Shown: positions 1 through 9,563 of the stretch, piece after piece
How the letters are laid out: each line of letters starts with the position of its first letter
Position numbering within the stretch: the stretch's first letter is position 1
From: an uncultured Verrucomicrobiae bacterium
Lineage (GTDB): Bacteria; Verrucomicrobiota; Verrucomicrobiia; Chthoniobacterales; JAFAMB01
DNA length: 64,000 bases
Assembly: GCA_963813025.1 (NCBI GenBank)
Contig: CAWEXO010000011.1
Span: forward strand, 96,001-160,000
Direction of reading: 5' to 3'
Position numbers and translations under genes: made by a program
Notes under the pieces: generated by a model
Told to the model about the DNA's origin: nothing
The model's input: only the letters and a program-made list of their open reading frames with translations
Databases searched by the model: none

Positions 1-844
1 ACAATGAACCGGTATCGCCCATGAAAACCTGTGCCGGGTGACAGTTGAACCAGAGGAATCCCAAGCCGGCGCCCACCAACGCGGTGCACAGGATGGTGAG
101 CTCCTGGGCCTGTTGGTAAAACGGCAGATCAAGATAAGTCGCAACGGCGACAGTCCCGGCGGCGTACGCGAAAATCGCGTAAGCTGAGGCGACTGTGACC
201 GTGCAGCCGGTTGCCAATCCGTCGAGACCGTCTGTCAGGTTCACCGCATTGGAACATCCCATGATGACCGCGGCAAAAAAAAGGAGGGTAAACCAGCCGA
301 GGTTCTCGATGAGCGGCTCTTTGAAGAACGGGATGTAAAGTTCCCTCGCCTGAATTTCGAGCGTCGGATTCAGGAGAAAAAAACTGGTCACGAGCAGGGC
401 CAACCCGAACTGACAGATCAGTTTCACGCGGCCAGGAATTCCGCTCGATTTCCGTTTGGTTACCTTGAGGTAATCGTCGGCAAATCCCAGCGCCGCGGTA
501 GCGACAATGGTGAACAGACAGAGCCAGATAAAACTATTGTCCCACCGCGCCCAAAGCAGTGTCGACACGACGACAGATCCCATCAGAAACACGCCCCCCA
601 TCGTGGGTGTTCCCTTTTTTGCCCCGTGTAGTTCGTACAGGCGATGCACTTCCTCTGCAGTTCGAATCGGCTGCCCAAATTTTAAGGAGACCAGGCCGCG
701 AATAATAACGTCTCCAAAAATCAGGCACAGCAGAAATGCGGTAATCGCCGCGCAAACCGCGCGAAACGAAACGTATTGGAAGACGTTAAATCCGGTTTCC
801 AAAGGCCTGGGGCCCTGGCTGAGAAAGTACAGATAATACATCAT
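1..844 (-). CDS. mraY: Phospho-N-acetylmuramoyl-pentapeptide transferase (3' end outside window)
   Basis: Manual translation from ATG at 844/841 gives MMYYLYFLSQ...KKGTPTMGG...GFADDYLK...SNAVNLTDGLDGLA...FLWFNCHPAQVFMGDTGS; follows murF. Confidence 0.95.
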   Translation of the reverse strand, partial: MMYYLYFLSQGPRPLETGFNVFQYVSFRAVCAAITAFLLCLIFGDVIIRGLVSLKFGQPIRTAEEVHRLYELHGAKKGTPTMGGVFLMGSVVVSTLLWARWDNSFIWLCLFTIVATAALGFADDYLKVTKRKSSGIPGRVKLICQFGLALLVTSFFLLNPTLEIQARELYIPFFKEPLIENLGWFTLLFFAAVIMGCSNAVNLTDGLDGLATGCTVTVASAYAIFAYAAGTVAVATYLDLPFYQQAQELTILCTALVGAGLGFLWFNCHPAQVFMGDTGSL

Positions 845-2229
845 GGCGCGATCCATTTAGCCTGCTTTTCCGCCGCTTCAAGGCCGGCGATCACGCGATC
901 CATTCGGGCAGAGAAGCTACCCTTCACAAGGACAACGTCACCGGCCTGGAGAAGGTCGCTCAAGACGGCGACTCCGCCGGCTTGATCGGGCGCCGCCAAA
1001 GCATCCTTCAGGCCTCGTTCCCGTGCGGCCTCAGCGATTAGACTCGCCTCTTTTCCGATCGTCACCAGGAACTGAAAACCGAGATCCGCTACGGCGGCCC
1101 CCACACGCCGGTGCCCGGCGACGCCCTCCCGACCGAGTTCAGCCATCCGTCCAAGCACAGCGATTCGGCGGCCGGCGATCGGGAGTTCCGCAGCAGTCCG
1201 CAAAGCGGCGATCATCGAGTCGGGATTCGCGTTATAGGAATCGTTGATCAGCGTGATCCGACCAAGTTTTTGAAGCTTAAGGCGACCGCCCGGAATAACG
1301 GTCTTGTGCAGGCCCGCAGCGATCTGTTCCGGCGACAGGTTTAACGCGTGCCCCATCGCCGCCGCCAAAACCGCGTTTTCTACCATGTGCTGGCCGACCA
1401 CGGGTAGTTCGACTTTGAAAACAAAATCCGGTCCGCGCAGCGTGAAGCTTTCGCCACTGGCTCGATGGACCAGATCGGTTGCTCGGAGGTCGCCTCGGCC
1501 AAGGCCGGCTTGTACGACTCGGGCCCGACAGCGGGCCGCGATCGCCGGGGTAAACTCATCATTCGCATTGAGCACAACCACCCCCTGCGGAGGTACTCGC
1601 TCGGCCAGCGCGGCTTTTTCGTTGGCAATCGCCTTTTTGCTACCCAGAAATTCGATATGAGCGACGCCGACATTGGTGATCAACCCGAAATCGGGCTCAA
1701 TCAGAGCCGTCAGAGCGGCGATTTCCCCCGGCTGATTCATTCCGAGCTCGATCACCGCGAATTTGTGGCACCGATTTGCCCGAAGCAGCGAAAGCGGGAC
1801 GCCCAGATGGTTATTGAGGTTGCCTTCAGTTTTCAGTACTCGGAACTTCTCGCCGAGGATAGCGGCCAGCATTTCTTTGGTGCTGGTCTTTCCATTGCTG
1901 CCGGTAATTCCAACAAAACGAGTGGGCAACGCCTTCCGCGCAGACCGGGAAAGCTGCTGGAGGGCAGCTACGGAATCGGAAACAACTATTTGGGGAAATG
2001 CCCGGAGCTCTATTGCCAGACTCTCAACCAGCGCTCCCGCTGCTCCGGCTTGAGCCGCCTCCGCCAGAAAATTGTGTCCATCGTGATTTGGCCCCCTGAG
2101 CGCGACAAACAGCTCTCCCGGCAGAACGCGACGGCTATCCGTACAGACGGCCGTTACTTCGAGATTGCTTTCTCCGTGCAGCTTTCCCCGGACGACCTCA
2201 GCGATGGAAGAAAGGCTCTTAGGATCCAT
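841..2229 (-). CDS. murF: UDP-N-acetylmuramoyl-tripeptide--D-Ala-D-Ala ligase
   Basis: GITGSNGKTSTKE, GNLNNHLGVP, ELGMNQPGEI, NDSYNANPDS, VLVKGS motifs. Confidence 0.95.
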   Translation of the reverse strand: MDPKSLSSIAEVVRGKLHGESNLEVTAVCTDSRRVLPGELFVALRGPNHDGHNFLAEAAQAGAAGALVESLAIELRAFPQIVVSDSVAALQQLSRSARKALPTRFVGITGSNGKTSTKEMLAAILGEKFRVLKTEGNLNNHLGVPLSLLRANRCHKFAVIELGMNQPGEIAALTALIEPDFGLITNVGVAHIEFLGSKKAIANEKAALAERVPPQGVVVLNANDEFTPAIAARCRARVVQAGLGRGDLRATDLVHRASGESFTLRGPDFVFKVELPVVGQHMVENAVLAAAMGHALNLSPEQIAAGLHKTVIPGGRLKLQKLGRITLINDSYNANPDSMIAALRTAAELPIAGRRIAVLGRMAELGREGVAGHRRVGAAVADLGFQFLVTIGKEASLIAEAARERGLKDALAAPDQAGGVAVLSDLLQAGDVVLVKGSFSARMDRVIAGLEAAEKQAKWIAP

Positions 2230-3709
2230 GTCTGATTAATTCTACCGGCCGCCCCTCCAATGCGCGCCCCGCGATCTCGACGTCGTCAAAAGGAATCGTG
2301 TGGTCGGCAAACTCCTGGTACTTCTCATGTCCTTTACCCGCGATCAGCACGATGTCGCGCGGCTCAGCCAAGGAAATAGCCCGGGTGATCGCCGTCTTTC
2401 GATCCAATATTTTCTCGTACTGTTGGGAGCGAAATCCTCCTTCAATTTGTTTTAGGATACTCTCCGGTTCCTCTTTCCTCGGATTATCCGAGGTAATGAT
2501 CGAGTAATCGGCATGTTGTTCAGCTGCCGCGCCCATCAGTGCTCGCTTGGCCCGATCGCGATTGCCGCCGCAGCCAAATACGACGATGAGACGATGAGGA
2601 TTAAGATCGCGACAGGTGGCCAAAACGTTCATCAAGGCGTCGGGCGTGTGGGCGTAGTCGACAAAAACGTGAAACTGTCGCTTCGCCGGGACGACTTCCA
2701 GCCGTCCCGGCACTTGCGGCGCGCGCGAAAGCGCGAGTACAGCAGAGCGGAGGTCCAGGCCCAAGGCAGTTACCGTGGCCAAAGCAGCCAAGGAATTGTA
2801 AATGTTGAATCGCCCGATCAAGGGTAAGCGGACGAGATAGCTCCGATCGCGGGCATCCAACTGATAGGAGGTGCCCGTCAGTTCAATCTTGAAGTTACTG
2901 GCCCGAAACTCCGCGCGCGCCCCCATGCCGTAAGTCAGAACCGGAAGATCTCTCCCGAATCGGGCAACGAGCTGCTGCCCATAAGGGTCGTCCAGGTTGA
3001 GTATTGCGCAGCGTTGCTCCTTCCGGCTCTCGCACAAGCCGCTAAACAGGCCGGATTTGGCTTCAAAATAGTCCCGCATGTCCCGATGAAAATCCAGATG
3101 GTCCTGGGTCAGGTTGGTAAAGACTCCCGCGTCAAACTCAATCTCGCTTACCCGGTCTTGCGCCAACGCGTGCGAAGAAACCTCCATCACGACGTCGGAG
3201 CAGCCGGTATCCCGGCACTGTGCGAGCAGATGCTGTAAGTCGAGAGACTCTGGCGTGGTTCTCTGCGCAGGGAGGATACGTTCGCCGATTTCGTAGTTTA
3301 CCGTGCCGAGCAGACCTGACCGGTGGTTAGCTCGTTCAAGCAGATGTTTAATCAGGAAGGCCGTCGTCGTTTTCCCGTTCGTGCCAGTCACGCCAATCAT
3401 CTGCAGCTTCCGGGACGGATTCCGGTAAAAAGCCGCGGCAATCGTCGCCAACGCCCGGCGAGAATCCCTTACCCGGATCACGGTGGCTTTGCCGGTAGCG
3501 GCCGTTTCCTGGGCAACGATCGCCACCGCTCCCCGGTCGATCGCGTGCGGAATAAACGAATGGCCGTCCGCGTGTTCCCCTCTCATCGCCACGAACAAGC
3601 CTCCGGGCAAAACGCTCCGCGAGTCGTAATAAATTCCCGAGATTTGCCGATCAAGGATCCCTGTAACCGACGTTGTCTCCAAACCTTGCGTTAATTCGGC
3701 CAAGTGCAT
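2219..3709 (-). CDS. murE: UDP-MurNAc-L-Ala-D-Glu--meso-DAP ligase
   Basis: GVTGTNGKTT, MEVSSHAL, DYAHTPDA, FGCGGNRD, DNPR (DAP-specific), AGKGHE; ORF could extend to 3727. Confidence 0.95.
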   Translation of the reverse strand: MHLAELTQGLETTSVTGILDRQISGIYYDSRSVLPGGLFVAMRGEHADGHSFIPHAIDRGAVAIVAQETAATGKATVIRVRDSRRALATIAAAFYRNPSRKLQMIGVTGTNGKTTTAFLIKHLLERANHRSGLLGTVNYEIGERILPAQRTTPESLDLQHLLAQCRDTGCSDVVMEVSSHALAQDRVSEIEFDAGVFTNLTQDHLDFHRDMRDYFEAKSGLFSGLCESRKEQRCAILNLDDPYGQQLVARFGRDLPVLTYGMGARAEFRASNFKIELTGTSYQLDARDRSYLVRLPLIGRFNIYNSLAALATVTALGLDLRSAVLALSRAPQVPGRLEVVPAKRQFHVFVDYAHTPDALMNVLATCRDLNPHRLIVVFGCGGNRDRAKRALMGAAAEQHADYSIITSDNPRKEEPESILKQIEGGFRSQQYEKILDRKTAITRAISLAEPRDIVLIAGKGHEKYQEFADHTIPFDDVEIAGRALEGRPVELIRHGS

Positions 3710-3719
3710 AAACGATCGA

Positions 3720-5480
3720 TTACTCACGCTTTAATCGGGCTAACGCCACCTTTTTTGTGGGTAGCGGCATCGGCACAGGTTCTGTCGGGGTGAGATCGAG
3801 GTAGCGAGCAGCTTTCTCGGCAATTCTTGCAAAGACCGGTCCCGCCACCAAACCCCCGTAAGCTTCTCCCGCTTTCGCGACCGGATCATCTAAAAGAACG
3901 AGCAGGGTAAACCTGGGATCGTCAGCCGGCATGAACCCGACAAAAGACACCACATACCTGCCGGGAAGATAGCCGCCGCGCGGATCGATCTTTTGAGCGG
4001 TCCCAGTCTTGCCCGCTACCGCAAAGCCGGGCACCGCAGCTTTCTGCGCCGTACCGTTTTTGCTGACGACGTCCTTTAAGGCAGCGACGATTTTACGGCT
4101 TGTTTCCCTCGAAACGACCTGTCGAACAACCTCTGGCCCGAACGAAGCGACGATCCTCCCGTCCGGATCCGTGACTTTGGAGAGAATCAACGGCTTCATC
4201 AGCTTGCCGCCATTGGCGACGGCCGACATGGCCATCACCGCCTGAAGCGGCGTCACCGCGACCGATTGCCCCATGGGTATGCGAGTAATATCCAACTTGT
4301 TCCAGCGGTAGGGCGGATTGACCAGTCCCGGAATTTCGCCAGTCATTGCTACCCCGGTCCTCTCGCCAAAACCGAACCGGCGTATGTATTCATAAAGCTT
4401 GGTGTCACCGAGTTGCAGCGCCAGTTTGGCTACACCGATATTGCTCGATTTTTCGAGGATCTGATGCACGCTGAGAATCCCCATCGGGTGCGCATCGCGG
4501 AGGACCCGCCCGGCATAAAGGAAGTGACCGTTCTCGCAAAAAACCTTCGTTTCCGGCGTGACCAACTTTTCTTCGATTACGGCGGAGGTAGTCACAATCT
4601 TGAACGTCGACCCAGGTTCAACCATATCGACGATGGGCCGGTTTTTCGTTTGATCCGGCGAGGCGTTCCCGGGGCGATTCAGATCGAAAGTCGGCCAGCT
4701 GGCCATCGCAAGAATTTCGCCGGTCTGCGGCCGTACCATCACGGCGCTCCCATCCTTTGGTTTGTATTGGGCGCAAGCCGCCGCTAATTCACTCTCGACG
4801 ATATCCTGAAGCCCTAAGTCGACGGTTAAAGTGATGTCGCAACCATCTTTGGCCGGCGTTTCCAGGCCTCGATACGGGACAATTTCGCGTCCAGTGCGAT
4901 CACTCTCGATATAACGGCTGCCGTCGGCCCCATGAAGGAATTCCTGCATCGTTTTTTCGATGCCGAGAACACCCCGATGGTCGTGATCGAGAAAACCCAA
5001 AGCCTGGGACAGCATCGATCCATTCGGGTAGATACGAACGAAATCCTGTTCGAAATAGACGCCCCGGAGGTCTTGGTTCCGAAGGATCTCCTTTAACCGC
5101 TCAGCTTTGTCTTCCGGAACTTCTTTCTTGAGGACAATGTATTGCCGGCCGCTTTTCAGCTTTTCCGCGAGTTCCCGCGGATCCATTTCCAGCTGAGTTG
5201 CGATTGCCTCAGCCACAGCCAGTGGGTCCCGTACGTGCGAAGCATCGGCAATGACTGTTTTGACTGGTAAGTTCTCGGTAAGGCCTTCGTTCCGGATGTC
5301 TCGGATAATTCCCCGCCTGGCATAGATAGTTTCTTTGTGAACGTGTTTTTCAGCGGCAAGCGCGGTGTACTCGTCGTGCTTCACGATCTGCAAATCGATC
5401 AGCCGAAACGAGTAGACACTGAAAAGGCCGACCAATCCGAAGCAAATGGTGACGGCGCGCGCTTGTGCATCCCACCTCAT
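3720..5480 (-). CDS. ftsI: Class B penicillin-binding protein (FtsI/PBP3)
   Basis: N-terminal TM, RRGIIRD, EPGSTFK (SxxK), SSN (SxN), KTGTAQK; dcw position. Confidence 0.9.
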   Translation of the reverse strand: MRWDAQARAVTICFGLVGLFSVYSFRLIDLQIVKHDEYTALAAEKHVHKETIYARRGIIRDIRNEGLTENLPVKTVIADASHVRDPLAVAEAIATQLEMDPRELAEKLKSGRQYIVLKKEVPEDKAERLKEILRNQDLRGVYFEQDFVRIYPNGSMLSQALGFLDHDHRGVLGIEKTMQEFLHGADGSRYIESDRTGREIVPYRGLETPAKDGCDITLTVDLGLQDIVESELAAACAQYKPKDGSAVMVRPQTGEILAMASWPTFDLNRPGNASPDQTKNRPIVDMVEPGSTFKIVTTSAVIEEKLVTPETKVFCENGHFLYAGRVLRDAHPMGILSVHQILEKSSNIGVAKLALQLGDTKLYEYIRRFGFGERTGVAMTGEIPGLVNPPYRWNKLDITRIPMGQSVAVTPLQAVMAMSAVANGGKLMKPLILSKVTDPDGRIVASFGPEVVRQVVSRETSRKIVAALKDVVSKNGTAQKAAVPGFAVAGKTGTAQKIDPRGGYLPGRYVVSFVGFMPADDPRFTLLVLLDDPVAKAGEAYGGLVAGPVFARIAEKAARYLDLTPTEPVPMPLPTKKVALARLKRE

Positions 5481-5839
5481 TAGTTAAAAACGCGATTGGC
5501 AACGACTCTGAGTTCATTTTGAGCCGCCTCATGCCGCTGATTGAGGCGAACGACTTGTTCGCTCGCAATCGGCACCAGCCCGAGCGAGTTTTTTGTCAGC
5601 TTCTTTTCCAGAATCACTCGTGAACTGAGCGATGCGATCTGGGCTCGAGCGACTTCGTTTTCCGACCGCAATTCGGCCAGTTCACGTTCCAGCCGGCGCT
5701 GAATATCTCCGTACTGGTAGAGCTGGTTCTTCAGGTAAACATACGTCAGGCCGGCCAGAGCCAGGAGCGCCGTGCAAACGACGACGCGAAGAATCGAGGC
5801 CGCTCTGATGGAATGGGTAATCTGCTTTTGTTTGTTCAT
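5480..5839 (-). CDS. ftsL: FtsL-like cell division protein
   Basis: Short cytoplasmic tail, one TM, coiled coil; lies between rsmH and ftsI. Confidence 0.65.
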   Translation of the reverse strand: MNKQKQITHSIRAASILRVVVCTALLALAGLTYVYLKNQLYQYGDIQRRLERELAELRSENEVARAQIASLSSRVILEKKLTKNSLGLVPIASEQVVRLNQRHEAAQNELRVVANRVFN

Positions 5840-6780
5840 ACATCGATCCTCTCAATGGCGCGGAGCTTGGCACTGCGAGCCCGCGGGTTTTCCGAAAGTT
5901 CCTGCGCTGTGGGTTCGATGGGATGCGCAGTGATCAGCCGAAACCGGTAGCTCGGGTTCGGCCGCGGCTCCGGCCACTCCGGCCGGTCAATCCACTGCCG
6001 AGTGACCGATCGGAAATAATTCTTCACGATCCGATCTTCCAGCGAGTGAAAGGCGATTATAGCGAAGCGTCCGCCGGGCCGGAGCAATCGGCTCAGGCTC
6101 GGCAGTGCTTGCTCCAAATGTTCCAACTCCCGATTCACCGCCAGACGCAACGCCTGAAATACTCGCGTCGCCGGATGCCGGGATCCCCTTCGGGGAATCA
6201 CCTTCTCGACTGCTCGGGCCAACTCGCCGGTAGTGGAGAATCGTTGAGAGATTCGGCTTTTCACGAGATATGCGGCAACCCGGCGCGCCTGTCTTTCTTC
6301 GCCGAGTTCAAAGAAGATGCGGACCAGGTCATCTTCTGACGATTCGTTGACGAGATCGGCCGCCGTCGGAAGGTTCGCCGACGGCGACATGCGCATGTCC
6401 AGAGGACCCTCATGTTGAATGCTGAAGCCTCGGCCGGGGCTATCGAACTGGTGCGACGAGACACCGAGATCCAGCAGAATGCCGTCAAGCGCTGAGACGC
6501 CAAGAGCGGGCAACCGGTCAGCGGTTTCCGCGTAATTCATTTCCACCAGCCGGATACGCTCCGAATAGGCGATCAGCCGAGTGGCCGCGGCGGCCAACGC
6601 GGCAGAATCGCGGTCTCCGGCAATGACCATAGCCCCGGCCCTGAGCAGCGCTTCAGTATGTCCTCCGCCCCCAACTGTCCCATCGAGGAAAATTTTGCCC
6701 GGCGCCGGTTGCAGCAGAGCTATAGTCTCCCGCAGCATCACCGGGCGGTGAAACGCAGGCTCTTGGCTGCTTGCTGTCAT
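5836..6780 (-). CDS. rsmH: 16S rRNA m4C1402 methyltransferase
   Basis: HRPVML, DGTVGGGGH, DLGVSSHQ, PLDMRM, FQALRLAVN, FHSLEDRIVK, NPRARSAKLR; start may be 6807. Confidence 0.95.
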   Translation of the reverse strand: MTASSQEPAFHRPVMLRETIALLQPAPGKIFLDGTVGGGGHTEALLRAGAMVIAGDRDSAALAAAATRLIAYSERIRLVEMNYAETADRLPALGVSALDGILLDLGVSSHQFDSPGRGFSIQHEGPLDMRMSPSANLPTAADLVNESSEDDLVRIFFELGEERQARRVAAYLVKSRISQRFSTTGELARAVEKVIPRRGSRHPATRVFQALRLAVNRELEHLEQALPSLSRLLRPGGRFAIIAFHSLEDRIVKNYFRSVTRQWIDRPEWPEPRPNPSYRFRLITAHPIEPTAQELSENPRARSAKLRAIERIDV

Positions 6781-6844
6781 CGAGATCTCGTCAATTAAAC
6801 TAATCACTGCTGTTGTTCCTGTTCGACCTCTGCTCGTCGGCTTT

Positions 6845-7300
6845 TCAGAGGCCGATCATTCCTAAAACGTGTTTAAACGTGGGTGAATCGGCATCGAAGG
6901 CTGCTTTCCAATTGTCCGGGTTCCAGATTTCGAACCGGCTATGGCCACCCACAAGGACCACTTCACCCGTCAATTGCAGCGATCGGCAATGCTCCTCCGG
7001 GAGAACGATCCGGCCCTGTTTGTCGCTCACGAGATGCTGAGCGCGGGAATAAAACTGCCGAATGAACTTTCGTCTTTCCTGCGGCCGTAATCGGGCGTCC
7101 TGTTCCACCCGTTCTGCCACCCGCTGAGTTTCCTCGGGCGGCATCACCATCAAACATCCGTTCTCCACGTCGGGAATGGCAAAGAACTCGTCTAGCTCCC
7201 CCCGCCGCCACCGCGCCGGGATTGTGACCCGGTTTTTGGCGTCCATGGCGTGCCGAAATTCGCCGGCAAAAATGGGCTGGCTTGTCCGGGACGACTCCAT
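6845..7300 (-). CDS. mraZ: Division/cell wall cluster transcriptional repressor MraZ
   Basis: Two SpoVT/AbrB repeats (DAKNRVTIP, DKQGRIVLP), FEIW; first gene of dcw. Confidence 0.95.
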   Translation of the reverse strand: MESSRTSQPIFAGEFRHAMDAKNRVTIPARWRRGELDEFFAIPDVENGCLMVMPPEETQRVAERVEQDARLRPQERRKFIRQFYSRAQHLVSDKQGRIVLPEEHCRSLQLTGEVVLVGGHSRFEIWNPDNWKAAFDADSPTFKHVLGMIGL

Positions 7301-7321
7301 AGGTACAGCGTGGTCAGATTA

Positions 7322-7360
7322 ACCATTTTACCCCACTGCACCCCACTTGTATCCACTTCG
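7322..7360 (-). promoter_or_regulatory. MraZ operator boxes overlapping the dcw -10 element
   Basis: Minus strand reads AAGTGGAT-AC-AAGTGGGG-TG-CAGTGGGG-TA-AAATGGTT: (G/A)TGG cores every 10 bp, with TAAAAT overlapping the last unit. Confidence 0.75.
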
Positions 7361-7409
7361 CTCTCTCCAGGTCAATTCTATTTTGCGCAAATTCCGCTTT
7401 CTTTTATTA

Positions 7410-7477
7410 TGGAGTGCGTGCGACTTGTCGCCGCTTTGAGACCGCGCGGAGCGCGGCGACAAGTCGCACGCACTCCA
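7410..7477. repeat. Perfect 25-bp inverted repeat (REP-like hairpin)
   Basis: TGGAGTGCGTGCGACTTGTCGCCGC (7410-7434) / GCGGCGACAAGTCGCACGCACTCCA (7453-7477). Confidence 0.9.
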
Positions 7478-7636
7478 CGATGCCAGGCTAAAAAGACTGC
7501 GACAAACAGCTGACATTTTCCCTCTTTCGGTTATCTTCCAAGGGAAAATCCCCTGATCGGCCATCAATTTGTCAACTGATCAGCGGTTTTCTTTCTCCTC
7601 GTCTTCGGGCCTTTCTGTGTTATATTTCCGGCCTCT

Positions 7637-7960
7637 ATGGCTATTCAGAAGAAAAACGCTTTCTCTCGTCGCCTCCCTGACCTGGTCACCGAAGAATTGG
7701 TGTCAGTTCTGTCTCAAAAGAAATCCTTCGAATTCAAACAATTGTTTGAGATTGTGCACGAGAATCTCCGCCAGCGGAATGCGGCAAGTGGTGGCGAAGA
7801 AATGTTGCGTTTGCGCGCCTATGAGAAGCTGCAGAATCTGGTAGCCCGAGGGGCCGTGAAGAAGACCGGGAAGATTTACAAAGGCGATTCTTCCGCCTTG
7901 GCGGCGATGGTTGCGGCAAACACGGCTCAGGCGGCAGCCTTGGCTGCTTCGAAGTCCTAA
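7637..7960 (+). CDS. Small basic hypothetical protein, possible winged-helix DNA-binding fold
   Basis: 107 aa, K/R-rich, helical core ending in YEKLQNLVARGAVKKTGKIY (recognition helix plus wing-like pattern). Confidence 0.6.
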   Translation: MAIQKKNAFSRRLPDLVTEELVSVLSQKKSFEFKQLFEIVHENLRQRNAASGGEEMLRLRAYEKLQNLVARGAVKKTGKIYKGDSSALAAMVAANTAQAAALAASKS

Positions 7961-7966
7961 CGACTC

Positions 7967-8344
7967 ATGCTCCGGGATTATCTCCCTATCCTGCTGCAGG
8001 TCATCGTCGCGATTGGATTCGCGGCTGTTGCTCTCCTGATCAGCGTCGTAGTCGGTCGTGTTGGGAAAAGAAATCCAACGAAAGACTCTGCTTACGAATG
8101 CGGGATGATCCCGGTGGGCGAAGCGCAGCCGCGATTCAGTGTGAAATTTTACCTGGTCGCGATGCTTTTCATTCTTTTCGATATCGAGATCGTGTTTATG
8201 TACCCGTGGGCGGTGGTCTATCGGGATTACATCGCGCAGTTCGGCAGCCTGACCATCCTCAGCAGCATGTTCGGTTTCATTGCTATCCTGATGGTGGGGT
8301 TCGTCTACGCGATAAAAAAGGGCGCTCTCGACTGGAGAAGATGA
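7967..8344 (+). CDS. nuoA: NADH-quinone oxidoreductase subunit A
   Basis: KDSAYECG, FYLVAMLFILFDIEIVFMYPWA, KKGALDW. Confidence 0.95.
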   Translation: MLRDYLPILLQVIVAIGFAAVALLISVVVGRVGKRNPTKDSAYECGMIPVGEAQPRFSVKFYLVAMLFILFDIEIVFMYPWAVVYRDYIAQFGSLTILSSMFGFIAILMVGFVYAIKKGALDWRR

Positions 8345-8456
8345 GAGGGGAAAAGGCAATAAGGCAGCGGAATTCGCCGGCGTAGCTGGAGCATTCCGCG
8401 CTGCTACGGCCTGCATCGCTTGCAAATGCCTGAGGATCTGCGAGCAACGCAGGCTC

Positions 8457-8726
8457 CTATCGAATCCGAAAGCCTTTCAGGTTCTCGTCGACTGGCACTT
8501 CTCGCCTCGTGAGACGGGCAATAAACGGCCGCAACGAGCTGGCCTGAATTTCGTCAACGAACGCCTCGACTTCCGCAGGCTCGCCTTGGACGTACATCTC
8601 GACTCGGCCATCGAGCAGATTTCTGATCCATCCGCAGATGTCATATCCCTGGGCCAACTCTTTGACGCTGAACCGAAAACCAACACCCTGAACGCGACCT
8701 TCAAAAAGTATGAGTTGCGCGATCAT
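8457..8726 (-). CDS. acyP: Acylphosphatase
   Basis: GRVQGVGFR, GWIRNLLDGRVE. Confidence 0.92.
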   Translation of the reverse strand: MIAQLILFEGRVQGVGFRFSVKELAQGYDICGWIRNLLDGRVEMYVQGEPAEVEAFVDEIQASSLRPFIARLTRREVPVDENLKGFRIR

Positions 8727-8840
8727 TTCGATACGTAACCAAAATAAACACCGGGAACTAGCCCGAACTGCTCACGAATCCTCAGAGACTTGTGACCGAT
8801 GCTGGACCTTACTGAACTTCGAAACGATTATGCGCGCAGA

Positions 8841-9563
8841 ATGCGATTCGCAATCTTCGGTGATATTCATGCGAATCTCGAAGCGCTTAACGCAGTTTTG
8901 GCCGATGCCAAAGATCAGGCGTGCACCGGCTATGTCTGCCTGGGCGACGTTGTCGGTTACAATGCCGATCCGAACGAATGTCTCCGCATCGTTCGTTCGA
9001 TGAATTGTGCGGTGGTGAAGGGTAATCACGATGAATACGCCTCGACCGAAGAGTCACTCGATTCGTTTAATCCACTCGCCGAAGCGGCGATCCGTTGGAC
9101 TCGGAAGACGCTTTCGTCGGCGGAAAAGGAATGGCTCAACGGACTGCCGCTCGTCATGAAGGTAGCTGGATTTACTGCTGTGCATGCCAGCCTCGAGCAA
9201 CCCTCCGACTGGATCTATATCCTCAACCAAGCCGAAGCAGCGGCCAGTTTCGCCTACCAACAAACCCAAGTTTGTTTTGTTGGGCATACTCATTCACCCC
9301 GGGTTTACGTGCATAACCATTCGATCATCGGACAGCCACTCACTGTGGTCCGGCTTGAGCCCAAAAAATTTTACCTGATTAACGTCGGCAGCGTCGGTCA
9401 ACCGCGCGATGGCGACTGGAGGGCTTCATATGCCATTTTCGATCAACAATTTGGAAAAATCGCGCTGCGCCGTATCCCTTACGACATCACCCGAACCCAG
9501 GAAAAAATCTATCGTGCCGGGCTTCCGGGAAAATTAGCGGAAAGACTGTTGTTCGGCCGATGA
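8841..9563 (+). CDS. Metallophosphoesterase (calcineurin-like family)
   Basis: DIHAN, LGDVVGY, GNHD, HAS, GHTH, NVGSVGQPRDGD. Confidence 0.9.
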   Translation: MRFAIFGDIHANLEALNAVLADAKDQACTGYVCLGDVVGYNADPNECLRIVRSMNCAVVKGNHDEYASTEESLDSFNPLAEAAIRWTRKTLSSAEKEWLNGLPLVMKVAGFTAVHASLEQPSDWIYILNQAEAAASFAYQQTQVCFVGHTHSPRVYVHNHSIIGQPLTVVRLEPKKFYLINVGSVGQPRDGDWRASYAIFDQQFGKIALRRIPYDITRTQEKIYRAGLPGKLAERLLFGR

